A program made the position numbers and the translations under genes. This document shows positions 27,851-41,185 of a DNA stretch of 64,000 nucleotides, in pieces. Source of the stretch: Octopus vulgaris. Taxonomy: Eukaryota. How positions within the stretch are numbered: the first letter of the stretch is position 1; each line of letters begins with the position of its first letter. The notes beneath the pieces are model-generated. The model made no database searches, was not told the origin of the DNA, and saw only the letters and a list, made by a program, of their open reading frames with translations. The stretch is taken from the NCBI GenBank assembly GCA_951406725.2, contig OX597828.1, positions 56,544,001-56,608,000 of the forward strand. The letters are read 5' to 3'.

Positions 27851-28894
27851 GATATGTGTATATGTATATACATTTACACACACACACACATATATACATA
27901 CATACATACATAAATACATACATATATATATACATATATATATATATATAATTTCTGAGTACCTCATTTCTTCTAATGTAAAATACCTGTACATCATCCC
28001 CAAACCTTCTAATATATATATATGTTATATTTCAGTACTTAATTCAGTGAAGAACTCTTATGTTATTTTCTTTTTGTTTCATAACCGATCGAAACTCGGG
28101 TGAAAGCTAATATTTTCAGTAAATCAAAAACAAATCAGATATAATCAAAACCAACCTAATGAGAAGCATATTTGTAGGATCCTTCATTAAGAAATATACA
28201 TGTTTCTGGAAGTTATAAACAATATAATATCGTCCAAGTGTGTCCTATGAGAAGAACAAGAACACAAGGCAGACGATGAAACAGTGGAGATACAAATTAA
28301 AAGATAGAGGGAGATGTGAGGGAGAATATACAAGAGACGACGAAGAGAGAGAGGGAGAGAGAGGAGTTAATACAAGGCAACACAATACATATTTACATTA
28401 CATACCTAAAATAATACGTGATTTTGATTCCTGATAACATTCAGAGAAATTATTATTTTTAATGAAATTCCGTAGAAATATACTTCAAATGGTGTTAATT
28501 CTGAAAAGATAAGATATTTTTGAAAATAAATTCTTCGTAAAATATGCAATGTGCATGAATATGTATGTGTGCTCTCCCAACAACTTTTATTTTCAAATTA
28601 AATTCCGATATGCCCGTAATCTCCACAGGCTGAAGACTATTTGGCGTAAATTTCATATAAAATTATTTTTCAGAAAGTTATGAGGAAGCAAACTCGACTT
28701 GAGCCAATTTTCTGAACCTCCTCTTCATACTCCCTAGAATATATTCGTTTATTTCACCAAATTGAGATATGATTGGAAGTTACACTGTCTCAAGTGCTAG
28801 AAAATTTCGTTATAAAATACATATTTATCTGGAAGTTATGAATAAATGAATCTATGTATGCATCCCAATTGCTTTTATATAATTAATACTGATT

Positions 28895-29255
28895 TCAAAT
28901 TTTGGCACAACGCCAGCAACATCAATGGAAGTGGTAAGTCATTTACATCGGCCCCAGTATTGAAATGCTACTTTTTTTTTCAACCCGAAAAGGTTGAAAT
29001 GAAAACTCGACTTCGAAAGAATGTTCAACTTACAACGTGAAGACGGAAGAAATACCTATTTCTTTACTGCCCACAAGGGGCTACACACAGAGGGGTCAAA
29101 CAAGGACAGACAAACGGATTAAGTCGATTATATCGACCCTGGAAGGATGAAAGGCAAAGTCGACCTCGGCGCAATTTGAACTCAGAACGTAGCGGCAGAC
29201 GAAATACCACTAAGCATTTCGCCTGGAGTGCTAACGGTTCTGCCAGCTCACCGTC
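28895..29255 (-). mobile_element. SINE family A (29058-29255, internally deleted) next to an older decayed copy
   Basis: ggatgaaaggcaaagtcgacctcggcgcaatttgaactcagaacg...ctgccagctcaccg. Confidence 0.8.
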
Positions 29256-29699
29256 TTTCTAACATAATTAATATTAAGAAGTATCAGCTTGCTTCTCTTC
29301 TCTTTCATTTTTTTTTATGTAACCTCATTTAACTATATAACGGCATGTGATAAATAAACAAAGAATATAATTCCTTCGTTCGGTTTGCATTAACATATGG
29401 CAATACTGTCAATGAGGTGAACTCAAGTGTTCACTACACGAAGACGTAAATAGATCAGTATTTACGATGGTATTGAGTTAATTAAAAATGTTAAAACATT
29501 CGAAAGAGCATTCTTCACCAAGCATATCGCAGCTTACTGTTAAATGCATGAGCCATGTGCACTAAATATAAGTGGTTGGTAATATATTTTACACTAGCGC
29601 TGCTTCTGTTTCATAGCTGAAAATATAAACAGTGTATATATGTAAGTTATCACCTTATTATATTTTCGATTTCGTTTTTGATCTTGTCGACTACACGGT

Positions 29700-30435
29700 A
29701 TAGTAAGGTCATTTTGTCACCATGACACAAATTACTCTGCCAACAATTTGGAAACGAGTTGGTGTACTGCTTGAAGTTCGCATTGGAAATACCAGTACCG
29801 CAATTTCAGAGTGTTTGGGACGTCAATGTGAGGACAGTGTAATCTCAGGGCATATATAGAGCGATAAAAATCAAACATCGAGACAACATTATGGTGTTTG
29901 GAGTGATCACTAGTGATGGCGACGTTATGCCTCCATTCATCTCACACAGCCTCAGACTCAACACAGCGGCCTACATCGATTGCCTGGAGGAGTTGTAGCT
30001 ACTTTGGGTCAAGAGTGTGGCTGCTAGAAGACCCTATTTTCACAACAGGAATGTGTACAATTCCACACAAGCAGACGAATCCAGTCAGTTAATTTCTGCA
30101 GCCATATCACTCCTAAACATCTTCCCATCTATCTCCTCAGACTGTTAGAATTCTTTGAATTTTATGTGCGGGGCTCAGTTGAGCGAGAGACCAACAAAAC
30201 TCCTTATAATACCAAAGATGAACCGAAGGCAAGGATTATGACAGCATTCCCCAATTTAAACAAGAAGAGCGTCAAGAAGATTTGCAACGTCTGGAGGCCG
30301 TGGTGGAAGCCAATGGGGATTTTATTGAATGAATTTACTCTTTATTATTTCAAGATATTTTTTAACTAATTTCGGAAAGTATATCTGTTAAAATGAGATG
30401 TCAGTGTTATATTCATTTCTTCGCATTTAGAAAAC
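29700..30435 (+). pseudogene. decayed Tc1/mariner-superfamily (maT/DD37D-like) transposon
   Basis: IMVFGVITSDGDVMPPFI; QQ...HTSRRIQS; YVRGSVERETNKTP...; frameshifted. Confidence 0.7.
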
Positions 30436-30472
30436 AATGATCTATATATATATATATTTATATATATATATA

Positions 30473-30810
30473 GTGAAGTATATTTGCCACTTAAATGTGG
30501 CTAACCCTTAATGGTGGATGCTACTGTAGCTTCTGGCCCCAGAATGACACCCTCCAGCTGGTTATTGATACACTTTCTGTGACCTATCCTTCCAGTCTTC
30601 AACGTATGATACACACGGATTCGTGTTTCGGGATATTGACCCGTCATCGGTTGTCGATTAAAAGTCGGTCTCCCTTTGCAAATATATATCATTTTTCCAG
30701 TGACGAAATGTGTCAATAGCCACCTGGAAGAGGTGTCCTCCTGGGGCTACAATCTACAGTAGCATCCACCCTTAGGGGCTAGCCACATTTACTTGGCAAA
30801 TATACTTCAC
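30473..30810. repeat. imperfect inverted repeat (~105-bp arms) enclosing a hammerhead-like core
   Basis: Arms 30473-30577 and 30705-30810. Minus strand at 30612-30656 reads CCGATGA-c-ggg-tcaatat-ccc-GAAAC-acga-ATC. Confidence 0.75.
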
Positions 30811-31844
30811 GTTGTCGTGCAGAGATTTAATATATATACATATATACACTCTGAGATATAAATACGTTTAAAATATAGATGCACGAATGTATGAACTTAG
30901 CCTACATACTTCATTTAACATAAACCTAGCAGTAGAGTTGTTTTGGTGGGACATATACAATATGAGATTAATTTGCATAAGCGTATCTAATTTTAAATCA
31001 AAACCAAGACGAAAAGGAAATAAAATAAGAGAAAAATGTGAAGGTGAATTTTATGGTAAAATAATCGATTAGATTATAAAAAAAGAAAAGAATGTGAGAA
31101 GTTAATTTGACCGAATTCTGCCAATTTGGGATAGAACAGGATAAACGATACTGAAATCAGTTTAGTTAAAATATAAATAGTAAAAGGGTACAGATTATAA
31201 AAAAATGTATACAATGAATAATGTAATATATAAAAATATAATTAGTAATAATGAATAGAAGGAATGAAATAAAAACACAGTAAGAATAAAATTAAGGAAT
31301 TAAGTAGATGCTTTGGCAGTCTCGGACGAATGACTTTCAGAGCTAAAATACATGTTGGTTTACATATTTAGATATTTTGTCTTCCTCTGAATAGACTTAG
31401 TTATGTGAAGTGAAATTGATAATGTATAAAGAGTAATTATTCTATTCTTATACTGTTAACACGTGCTTAGTGGTATTTAGTCATATGCACGCATGCTCAT
31501 ATTCCACATTCGGGCAACGAACTTTTTAACATTTAGTTTTTATTCAAAACCTTAGTGCTTTTATAATACAAAATAGTTTTGTGTCGTGGTGTGTATTTCT
31601 AAAGAGCCACTTTAAAAAAAAATCTAATGTCTATCCATCTATTTATCTATCTCTCCTCCCCTACTTCTCACTCTCCCTCCCTCCCTACTCCTTTCTGAGT
31701 CACTCTCTCTCTCTCACACGCTATCTAATAATATATATGATATAATATATAACATAGATACATATACATATTCTTTATTTTCTTACACGTTTAAGTCGTA
31801 TGACTGTTGCTATGCTGGGACACACACGTACACACACACACACG

Positions 31845-31885
<41 letters not shown>

Positions 31886-32060
31886 TTTTCAAATTGTACA
31901 AAAAACAAATGACAAAAATAAGTAAACAAGAAACGAGGTTTATAAAATTCAGTTTCAGGAAAAATGCTTTAGCGCTTCGAGCAAATGCCCTTCTACAGAA
32001 AGGAATAAGGAGAAAAACTGAGGAAAAAACTGAGGGAAATATGGAGAGAAAAATAAAGCA

Positions 32061-32129
<69 letters not shown>

Positions 32130-32322
32130 GTGTAAGTACACAAATATTATACATACATGCAATTTTTGCATATCTTTTACATCTTTCGTTTGTGCCATCT
32201 CTTTGTTTATCCTGTCCATAGTGTATATATGTGTGTATGAAAGTATGTGTGTATATAAGTGTGTATGTATGTATGTATATACATACACACATATATATAT
32301 TTCTGTGTTAAATATATATGCA

Positions 32323-32357
<35 letters not shown>

Positions 32358-32929
32358 TATACATTTGTAATTTATGCATATGTATGATATAGCATTGCAG
32401 AAGCATACTTTTATTATCCCATAAAACACATTTCCTGAACTTTACTTTTAGTATATTTATATATCATATCAACGTGCCACCTAAACAGTTATGAAGAGGT
32501 ATATATTTTTATTTTCTATTGTTTCATTCTGTAGATTTTCTCAGCGTGTAATTTATTGACAACATGTTTTCCCAACTGAGGTGGATGTCTTCAGAAATTT
32601 TCCAGGTTTTTCGCCAGCAATTCTTTTTGTAGCATATGCGCTACTGTCAGCCATTCCTTTGTATAAATTGTGTTCAATCTAATCTTTCTGGCATTGATAT
32701 TTTAGTCCCCTAGTTTGAGATTTGTGAACAATATATGGTATACACATGTGAGTATACCTATGTGCCTTTTCAAATATTTGTGTGTGATTATTATGTGTAC
32801 CTCAGAGTATCTATCTATCTCTTTTCTTCTTCATTTCTGTTTTTCTTGCCCACCCTTTCTCTAATTCTTCTCCTCTCCCCTTCACCGTTTCCTCTCTCTC
32901 TCACACACACACACGCATTCCTCCTTGAA

Positions 32930-33365
32930 GCTGTCGTTGCTCACACGTGACCAACAGCCATCTATGTTTCTTTATTCCACTTCCTAAAGACAAGTCGTGC
33001 TTTTGATTGTCTCTTCTCAAACCAGATTTTTCCAGCTTCACCAATTCGCCTCGTTATGGCTTAACAACCCTCACCGTTTGTTGTTACTGTTTTGTACTTA
33101 TTGTCCTGTTTTTATTACTACTTTAAACCTCCGCAAAAAATCCCAAATTTGATTTAATTTGCCTTACGGGTAGGACTGTTTAAACGAAGTCACGACTTGT
33201 TCCTAACTTCGTAACGTGGATTAGATTAGAGCAGGAGACGACTGGTGAAGGGAATGTTCTTTGTGTTGCCTGTCTCGTTTCACTATTTGTTTTTTAGTTA
33301 TTTTGAAAAGTTTGTTTTCCATGCATTTGTGTTTTATGTTCTCGTTCCGCATCTTGTTTATTTTT
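32930..33365 (+). mobile_element. dispersed repeat shared with 61845-62240 (possibly a Penelope-like 3' region)
   Basis: Shared blocks acaaccctcaccgtttgtt, aaatccc.aattt.atttaatttgc, gaagtc.cg, tgaagggaat.ttcttt. Confidence 0.65.
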
Positions 33366-33473
33366 TTAGGTCCTCTACCGATATATACATGTATATATAC
33401 CTATATACGTAGGCATGCACATGCATATGAGTATATATACATATATATAGGTTATTTATATTATTATTATTAT

Positions 33474-33540
<67 letters not shown>

Positions 33541-33542
33541 TG

Positions 33543-33651
<109 letters not shown>

Positions 33652-34378
33652 GTATATAACAACTGTGGTTGTTCATTTCTGGGTAACAGCGAAGCAATGA
33701 TGTGATAGACTTGCCATGTATCCATGTTCGATTATCTGCTTAGAGGCCCCAAACGAAGTGATTAAAAATGCAAAATTGTCTTGTCTGATATACTGTTCAG
33801 AAAATCCTTTGACTGGATGGAAATATCTTCCAGAACAATACGAGGTTGAGAAGGAGTTGGTGGTGCTGGCAATCTTATTTTACCGCCTGAGCAGCGCATG
33901 ATATTTGTTTCATTTGGAAATTTTAAAGCTTTGCAGGAATGATAATTCAACAGTAAATGTGTATTGTTATATACATTGGAATGGAACATCATTGTTTTTT
34001 GTCAAGAGTTTCACCTCCGCTCGTTCATTATATCAGTCAACACAGATGCACTGACACATTATTCCGCTGTTGTGGCCGTTAAGACGCAAAGTTGCCGATG
34101 AGTGATGTTGTTCACGTTAGGATATTAGTTTTAAAGTGAAAGAATGAAAGTGAAAGAATATATCATAATACAATATGGGTATTATTCTTTCACTTTTGAC
34201 ATGTATTACCGAACCAGTGCCAATGTTCTATTGTTTTAGTCTAAACGAAAACAAATTGCATGTTGACACACACGTGGTCTGATACTATTATCATGCAAAA
34301 TTTAATTTGATTTAGATGAGCCGTTCGAGAATGCATTGCGAACAGACAGACATACATACAAAGAGTTTAATATATACC

Positions 34379-34436
<58 letters not shown>

Positions 34437-34459
34437 ATGAAAAGGGACACACGAGTTGA

Positions 34460-34592
34460 TATGTATGGAAAAACAAGTCAAGATAGAAAATGCTAAAATA
34501 ATTTTATAAAGAACATTTCAGTACCGGTTTCGGTTATTTAGTTACAGTTGAAAAGGTCTCAAATTTTCTATCTTGACTTGTTTTTCCATATA
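34460..34592. repeat. inverted repeat (~30-bp arms) around scrambled hammerhead-like halves
   Basis: tatggaaaaacaagtcaagatagaaaat / attttctatcttgacttgtttttccata; minus strand acc-GAAAC-cg-GTA-ctg near 34519-34534. Confidence 0.6.
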
Positions 34593-34615
34593 TATATATA
34601 TATATATATACATAT

Positions 34616-35010
34616 ACAGGTTCCGGACTGTATTTGAGGAAAGATTTATTGTTTAAAAGAAAAACGCATTTATAATAAGAGAAAACATCTGTATTTTTAT
34701 AGAAATAGCACAACCATAAGCCTAAATAATCAATTTAATAATTTCATTCATTAAAACCAACATAAGCATCAATAACTGCCTCTACGCAGGGTCGAAATCG
34801 TTTACAAGGTCGGATTAAGTGTTCCTTGTCTATATCGGACATAACTCGAACACTGTTGGTAGTATGGGGGTGTTCATTAGCACTTTTCTCAACGTTGCTT
34901 CATACATGGTAGTTCAGTGAAGTGAGACCCGGAGAATAGAGAGGCCAAATGTTGGGTGTAATGTAATGACGCAAAATGTCGGTCATGCGTTCTTGGGTTA
35001 TTTGAGAGTT
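34616..35010 (-). pseudogene. maT/DD37D-like transposase C-terminal relic
   Basis: IWPLYSPGLTSLNYHV*SNVEK...PCKRFRPCVEAVIDAYVGFNE* (WPP.SPDL.PLDY motif). Confidence 0.7.
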
Positions 35011-35179
35011 GTATAAAGGTACAGAATTTTGTTGGAAGACATAAGACTATACATTGCATACAATGTCTTACAATCCTCATGAAAAGTGGAAACTTGGAGA
35101 AGACTACTTGATATGTGTCGATTACCAATAGTTTAAATTTTATGTATAATATAAGGAGAACGTTAGCAAGTTATTTTTT

Positions 35180-36250
35180 TAAGCCGTTTACTCCAGTATT
35201 TGGGAACTCAGTATTGGGATACTTAGTGCAAAATCTATATAAACAAACTGAAGACTACTACGGCCTGACCTTTAAGAAACATATAGAGGACGCATGGAAG
35301 ATATACCTGGATGATTGTTTCCTAATTTGAACCAAATTTCTAGGAAATCTGGAAGAATTCAGTACCCTCCTCAACAATCCACACCGTAGTCTCAAATTCA
35401 CAAGAGAAATGAGCTACACACAATTACCATTTCTTGATATAAGGGTAATTAAAAACAGCACCACAATCAAAACTGATGTTTACTACAAAAGCACAGTACC
35501 TAAATTTCAAATCATGCCACCCAACACACAAAAAACGCAGCATCCCGTATCCTACTTATAGTAAATATCATACAACGAGCAAAAGAGATACTTTTAGTGT
35601 AATTTAGGGCAGCACGAAAAAGACGAATCCATCAACGAAACACAATACCATTTCTAGTAACACACATTCCGCATCACCAAAGGATTCGTAACATCATCAA
35701 AACAAATTTTCAAATTTTCAAATCCTAAAGCAATGTCAAAAATTAAAAGAAAAAGCATAATAATTAATCGAACCCTTATCTTAAGCATTAAGCAACCACC
35801 TAACCCAAAGAAACTATTAACAAAGGCAAAATTAAACATGGACAAAGAGGATTAACATTTACAGTATCTAAGTGTAATGATAATAGATGTGGAACGTGTC
35901 AATACAAACATACTGGTAGATCCATTAGAACAAATAAATGGAGAGGTTTTAGCAAGAGCAGATATGAACTACAAAAGCAGAAATTTGATCTACTGCATTA
36001 AATGACCGAATTGCGAGGAACTGTGTATAGGCGAGGCAGTAGATGTATTATCGGAACGCTTACGTGTCTATAAATGATAAATTTGGAACACCAATGTTCG
36101 CCAAATTCAATTGAGCGAACATTGGTATAGAAACATGATGGCAGAAAGTGTTTCTAATTTTTCCTTTCCACAAACTACGTGACACAAGTAATGTTGGTAA
36201 AAAGATAAAAGAAAAATGGTTTATTAAATGTTCGAAACTGTCGTGAACTG
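35180..36250 (+). pseudogene. Penelope-like element relic (RT + GIY-YIG endonuclease, Neptune-like Cys motifs)
   Basis: WKIYLDDCFLI, LKFT.E, LPFLD, TDVYYK, YLNFKSCHP..KRSIPY, KCNDNRCGTC, NLIYCIK*PNCEELCIGE; stops and frameshifts. Confidence 0.88.
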
Positions 36251-36804
36251 AAATAACAACAATAATATAACAACCGGTTGATGATGCAGATTAAAATTTA
36301 TCTTTAGCATATGAATACAAACAAATTACAGAATATCCCTACGCCCGGCAAACCATGACGTTTAATTTGCATGCGGATTGGTCAAAACTGTTTCTAAAAA
36401 TTCAGCTTGTTGGAGCGTTCTAAGAGCTACTGTAGGTGTCAAGAACTCAACTGTCAAATTCACTTTTAATTTGTTTATTACTACGAACTTATGAAAGCAT
36501 GGATTGGACTTTATGAAAATTATAAAATGTTTTTTTAATGTTAAAATGCCATAATAAATAACATGAAAACCAGACCATATTTATCCAACTGATATATTAA
36601 TATATTATTCTAATATATATATATATATATATAGAATGGTTGTATACTGTCAATCTAACAAGAACGTGACAGTAGGGGGTACACCACCGTTGTATAGCCC
36701 TAGGAGGCATCGAACGCCTCCTGACGGCTTCGACACATTTTTTCCCTGTGTCCTTATATACATATATGAAGGGGAGACAAACACCCCCGGCCCTCGGAAC
36801 TGCA

Positions 36805-36850
36805 TCTAGGGACACCGTGTTTCTGGATCATTGTCCTTCATCGGCCTAGA
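36805..36850 (-). ncRNA. type I hammerhead ribozyme (U4C core variant)
   Basis: Reverse complement of the motif at 37277-37322; stem I extends via ctgc/gcag. Confidence 0.8.
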
Positions 36851-37276
36851 GTAGCAGACACCGGTCGGCTGGTGATATTTGCCTCGACTTCATAATTGTA
36901 TATATGTATACTCAGTGAAGTTTATTCACTGATTATCAAAATAAGAAATATTGAATTTCTAAATCTCTCGTAGAGACATGTACAGTGGTGGGGCGATAGG
37001 ATGGTTGTATACTGTTAATCTAACAAGAACGTGACAGTAGGGGGTACACCAACGTTGTATAGCCCTAGGAAGCATCGAGCACCTCCTGACAGCTTCGACA
37101 CATTTTTTCCCTGTGTCCTTATATACATATATGAAGGGGAGACAAACACTCCCGGCCGAGAGATTTAGAAATTCAATATTTCTTATTTTGATAATCAGTG
37201 AATAAACTTCACTGAGTATACATATATACAATTATGAAGTCGAGGCAAATATCACCAGCCGACCGGTGTCTACTAC

Positions 37277-37322
37277 TCTAGGCCGATGAAGGACAATGAT
37301 CCAGAAACACGGTGTCCCTAGA
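37277..37322 (+). ncRNA. type I hammerhead ribozyme (U4C core variant), predicted cleavage after GUC at 37316
   Basis: tctagg-CCGATGA-a-gga-caatga-tcc-a-GAAAC-acggt-GTC-cctaga; stem I tctagg/cctaga; near-palindromic stem III acac-g-gtgt. Confidence 0.8.
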
Positions 37323-37542
37323 TGCAGTTCCGAGGGCCGGGGGTGTTTGTTTCCCCTTCACATATGTATATAAGGACACAGGGAAAAAATGTGTCGAAAC
37401 TGTCAGGAGTTCGATGCCTCCTAGGGCTAAACAACGGTGGTGTACCCCCTACTGTCACGTTCGTGTTAGATTGACAGTATACAACCATTCTATCGCCCCA
37501 CCACCGTACATGTCTCTACGAGAGATTTAGAAATTCAATATT

Positions 37543-37968
<426 letters not shown>

Positions 37969-38029
37969 TATATATATATATATATATGAATATATATATA
38001 TACCACCTTCACTTTAGAGAGTTCTTTTT

Positions 38030-38392
38030 ATGTTATTGGAACTCTGTCGGTTACGACGACGTGTGTTCCAATTGATCCGATCAACGGAAAAGCCTGCTCG
38101 TTTAATTAAAGTGTAAGTGGCTGAGCACTCCACAGACACGAGTACCCTTAATGTAGTTCTCGGAGGAGATTCAGCGGGACAAAGAGTGTGTCAAGGCTGG
38201 CCCTTTTGAAATACAGAAAGATAGATTGAGAGGCAGTTGTGAAAAAGTACAGCAGGGTTCGCCACCTGTCGGAGCTTCGTGAAGCTTTAGGTCTTTACGC
38301 TCAATAACCACTTACAGCGCACGGTCTGGGAATCGGAACCGCAATCTTACGACTGCGAGTCCGCTGCCCTAACCACTGGGCTATTGCGCCTC
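38030..38392 (-). mobile_element. SINE, family D head with alternative 3' body
   Basis: cgagtccgctgccctaaccactgggctattgcgcctc; body matches 50400-50585. Confidence 0.8.
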
Positions 38393-38687
38393 GAGAGAAT
38401 TCTAGTGTATTATAATCTACTAGTTCTGTATTTCTGTACCTGTCTAAGTCAATAATACATTAGGTTAATAATCAAGTGAATATCAATGTACATGATGCTG
38501 TCATTTACACCTTTTTTATAGTCTTTGTTGCAGGTGAGTTACCTCCTAGTATTCTACTTGAAAGTTAGCGCCTTCAAATGAGGCAAACATAAGATAATAG
38601 TTCATGAAAAATTAATCTATATTATTCCTAGTTTTCAATTCAATATATGCCAAAATGTTCCCGAGAACGACGATAAAGCATTTCAGG

Positions 38688-38820
38688 TAACACACATAAT
38701 ACTATTTCAGGTAACACACACTCTGCATCACCAAAACATTTTTAACATCATCAAAATAAATTTGCCAATCTTAAAACAATATCAAGAATTAAAAGAAAAA
38801 ACAAAATAATTGTTCGAAAA
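38688..38820 (+). pseudogene. small Penelope-like fragment
   Basis: Similar to 35657-35772 (gtaacacaca...gcatcaccaaa...taacatcatcaaaa). Confidence 0.55.
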
Positions 38821-39699
38821 TGCGTATTACATACTTCCGCACTAAAAATATTTCCTTCTATTCAGGTAATGTAGAAAGGACAGGGAATGCAAGGTAATGT
38901 AGAAAGAATGGGAAACAAATTTGAAAATGACAAAAAGAATATTATTAAGAATGTTAATATTGTCTAACCGTTACATTCTAATTCAAATATTGTTTGATTG
39001 ACGTTACTTTCTAACAGCACGTCCAAAACTAACTTCTGACATCTTAGTTTTCCCAGGTAATTTATCATTGCGTGTTTAGAAAATTCATTTTTCCTATAAC
39101 CTCAAACTGATTTATTTCATTAGACTATTTCAAAACTCAGTGTAGTTAAATATATTATGATTTTTGGACTCTTTCTCCATACACATAATATAGAGTTTAA
39201 TATAATTTGCTGCTATGGCGTCTTCTCTAAAAATATTATCCGCAAAAATTCAACTAAATATTTACAGGAGTCTATAGTATACTAACCAGCATTACACAAT
39301 GCACACTATATCAAAGAAGAGAAGTAGTGATAAATTGGCCTTAAGCCTAACTACAAACCCAGCTGCGTATATAGAATGACATCCGTTTGGCTTCTTATCA
39401 ACACAAATTATTTATTTTCCTTTAATACCAAAAAAGCGAAGTACATATTAATACCTCAAGAATAATGAAAATCTTTATGATTTTTGTTTCAGGAATTCAA
39501 ATTATAAATATTCTTCTGGCATTATTTACTGACACATAATAAATCTCACTCAGGTTTTTGTCAGGAAAATAATGATAATAATTTGAATATTGTATTCATT
39601 TTTGCATAGAAATATTGTTTTCGCAAGGCTATTTCCAATATTTCATTTTTGAAAGACAATTTTACATTTTATTGACTACATACATACAAACACAAACCC

Positions 39700-39728
39700 G
39701 TGCGCGCAGACACGCACGCACACACACA

Positions 39729-39804
<76 letters not shown>

Positions 39805-39870
39805 TACACACACATGAGCACACACAAACACATACAAAGACACCGAAACATTGACACACACACACAAACA
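39700..39870. repeat. (CA)n microsatellite
   Basis: Seen directly. Confidence 0.95.
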
Positions 39871-40067
39871 TATAATTATATACGAAACATAAGAAAATGA
39901 GTTGACAAAGGATTACAAGATCATTTTAAAAACTTCATTAACACACAGGTGTTTCAGATATACGATGTGAACTCGCATTTCAATGCCCGAGTAAGTAATA
40001 TGTAGATTCATGGCAGCTTAGTTTAGGGAAATGTATATATATATATATATATATATATACATACATA

Positions 40068-40232
40068 GTTAATCCAAACATGGAAACACAAAGGGAAAAC
40101 ACAAAAACGCGATGACGTGGAATAAGTATAGTATTATAGGACGCTCAGGAAAGAAGGAAAGAAGGAGGGTTTAACGTTTCGAGCGGAGCTCTTCGTCAGA
40201 AACATAGGAAAAGGAAAGATCCAAAGAAGGGA

Positions 40233-40237
<5 letters not shown>
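40068..40237 (-). mobile_element. short HHR-bearing repeat (Penelope-like terminal fragment)
   Basis: Homologous to 47715-47905; between (TA)n tracts. Confidence 0.75.
40169..40203 (-). ncRNA. minimal type I hammerhead ribozyme
   Basis: Minus strand gttt-CTGACGA-a-gagc-tcc-gctc-GAAAC-GTT-aaac; loopless palindromic stem III (AACGTT). Confidence 0.78.
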
Positions 40238-40290
<53 letters not shown>

Positions 40291-40296
<6 letters not shown>

Positions 40297-41074
40297 ATAG
40301 AGGGCATTATTACACATAAATGCCTCACACTAGGAGGGACAAAGTCATTACTACCAAAATTATACTAATCATACCCAAATGCAGTTTTTCAAAGCAAGAC
40401 ATTTAAAAAATGAATTTAGTTCTGTATCACCGTGATTTCACATTCAACTTACGTCTAATGATCGTCAGCAGAACTGATTCTGAACATATCATAAATAAAC
40501 TACCAACCTTACGTAGCGAAGACGAACAGACAACTGCTCACTCCGGCCAAGCACATGGAATGTTTATAAATCATATATCCGGTAAATGGCGGGCTTTTTA
40601 CGAACTGCATGTCGGGTAATGAAAAGTATTTCGGAATAAGTTTAACAATTAAGGATAATCTCTTAATAAGGGATCTTAACAAGAAATTATCGGGTAGCTA
40701 GCGTGAAAACCTCATAAAAGAAAAGAATCCGAAAATAATTTTTTCTTTTGAACAAATCAATTATATCTATATTGCATAGAGGGCATTATTACACATAAAT
40801 GCCTCACACTAGGAGGGACAAAGTCATTACTACCAAAATTATACTAATCATACCCAAATGCAGTTTTTCAAAGCAATTTTGGTAGTAATGACTTTGTCCC
40901 TCCTAGTGTGAGGCATTTATGTGTAATAATGCCCTCTATACAATATAGATATAATTGATTTGTTCAAAAGAAAAAATTATTTTCGGATTCTTTTCTTTTA
41001 TGAGGTTTTCACGCTAGCTACCCGATAATTTCTTGTTAAGATCCCTTATTAAGAGATTATCCTTAATTGTTAAA

Positions 41075-41079
<5 letters not shown>
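40291..41079. mobile_element. ORF-less ~479-nt HHR-containing unit: 1.2-mer (40291-40876) plus inverted partial copy (40875-41079)
   Basis: tattg.atagagggcattattacacataaatgcc at 40291 and 40770; 40875-41079 is the reverse complement of ~40636-40840; (TA)n on both sides. Confidence 0.9.
40418..40475 (-). ncRNA. type I hammerhead ribozyme, predicted cleavage after AUA (between 40425 and 40424)
   Basis: Minus strand agttctg-CTGACGA-t-cattagac-gtaa-gttgaatg-t-GAAAT-cacggtg-ATA-cagaact; 7-bp stem I; stem III atcac-g-gtgat. Confidence 0.85.
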
Positions 41080-41133
<54 letters not shown>

Positions 41134-41141
41134 GTGTACAT

Positions 41142-41185
<44 letters not shown>

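Noticed and set aside
36597-37530. Three similar short ORFs (MSLDAVPRAGG...)
   Set aside because: They arise from the repeated ribozyme unit and have no protein motifs.
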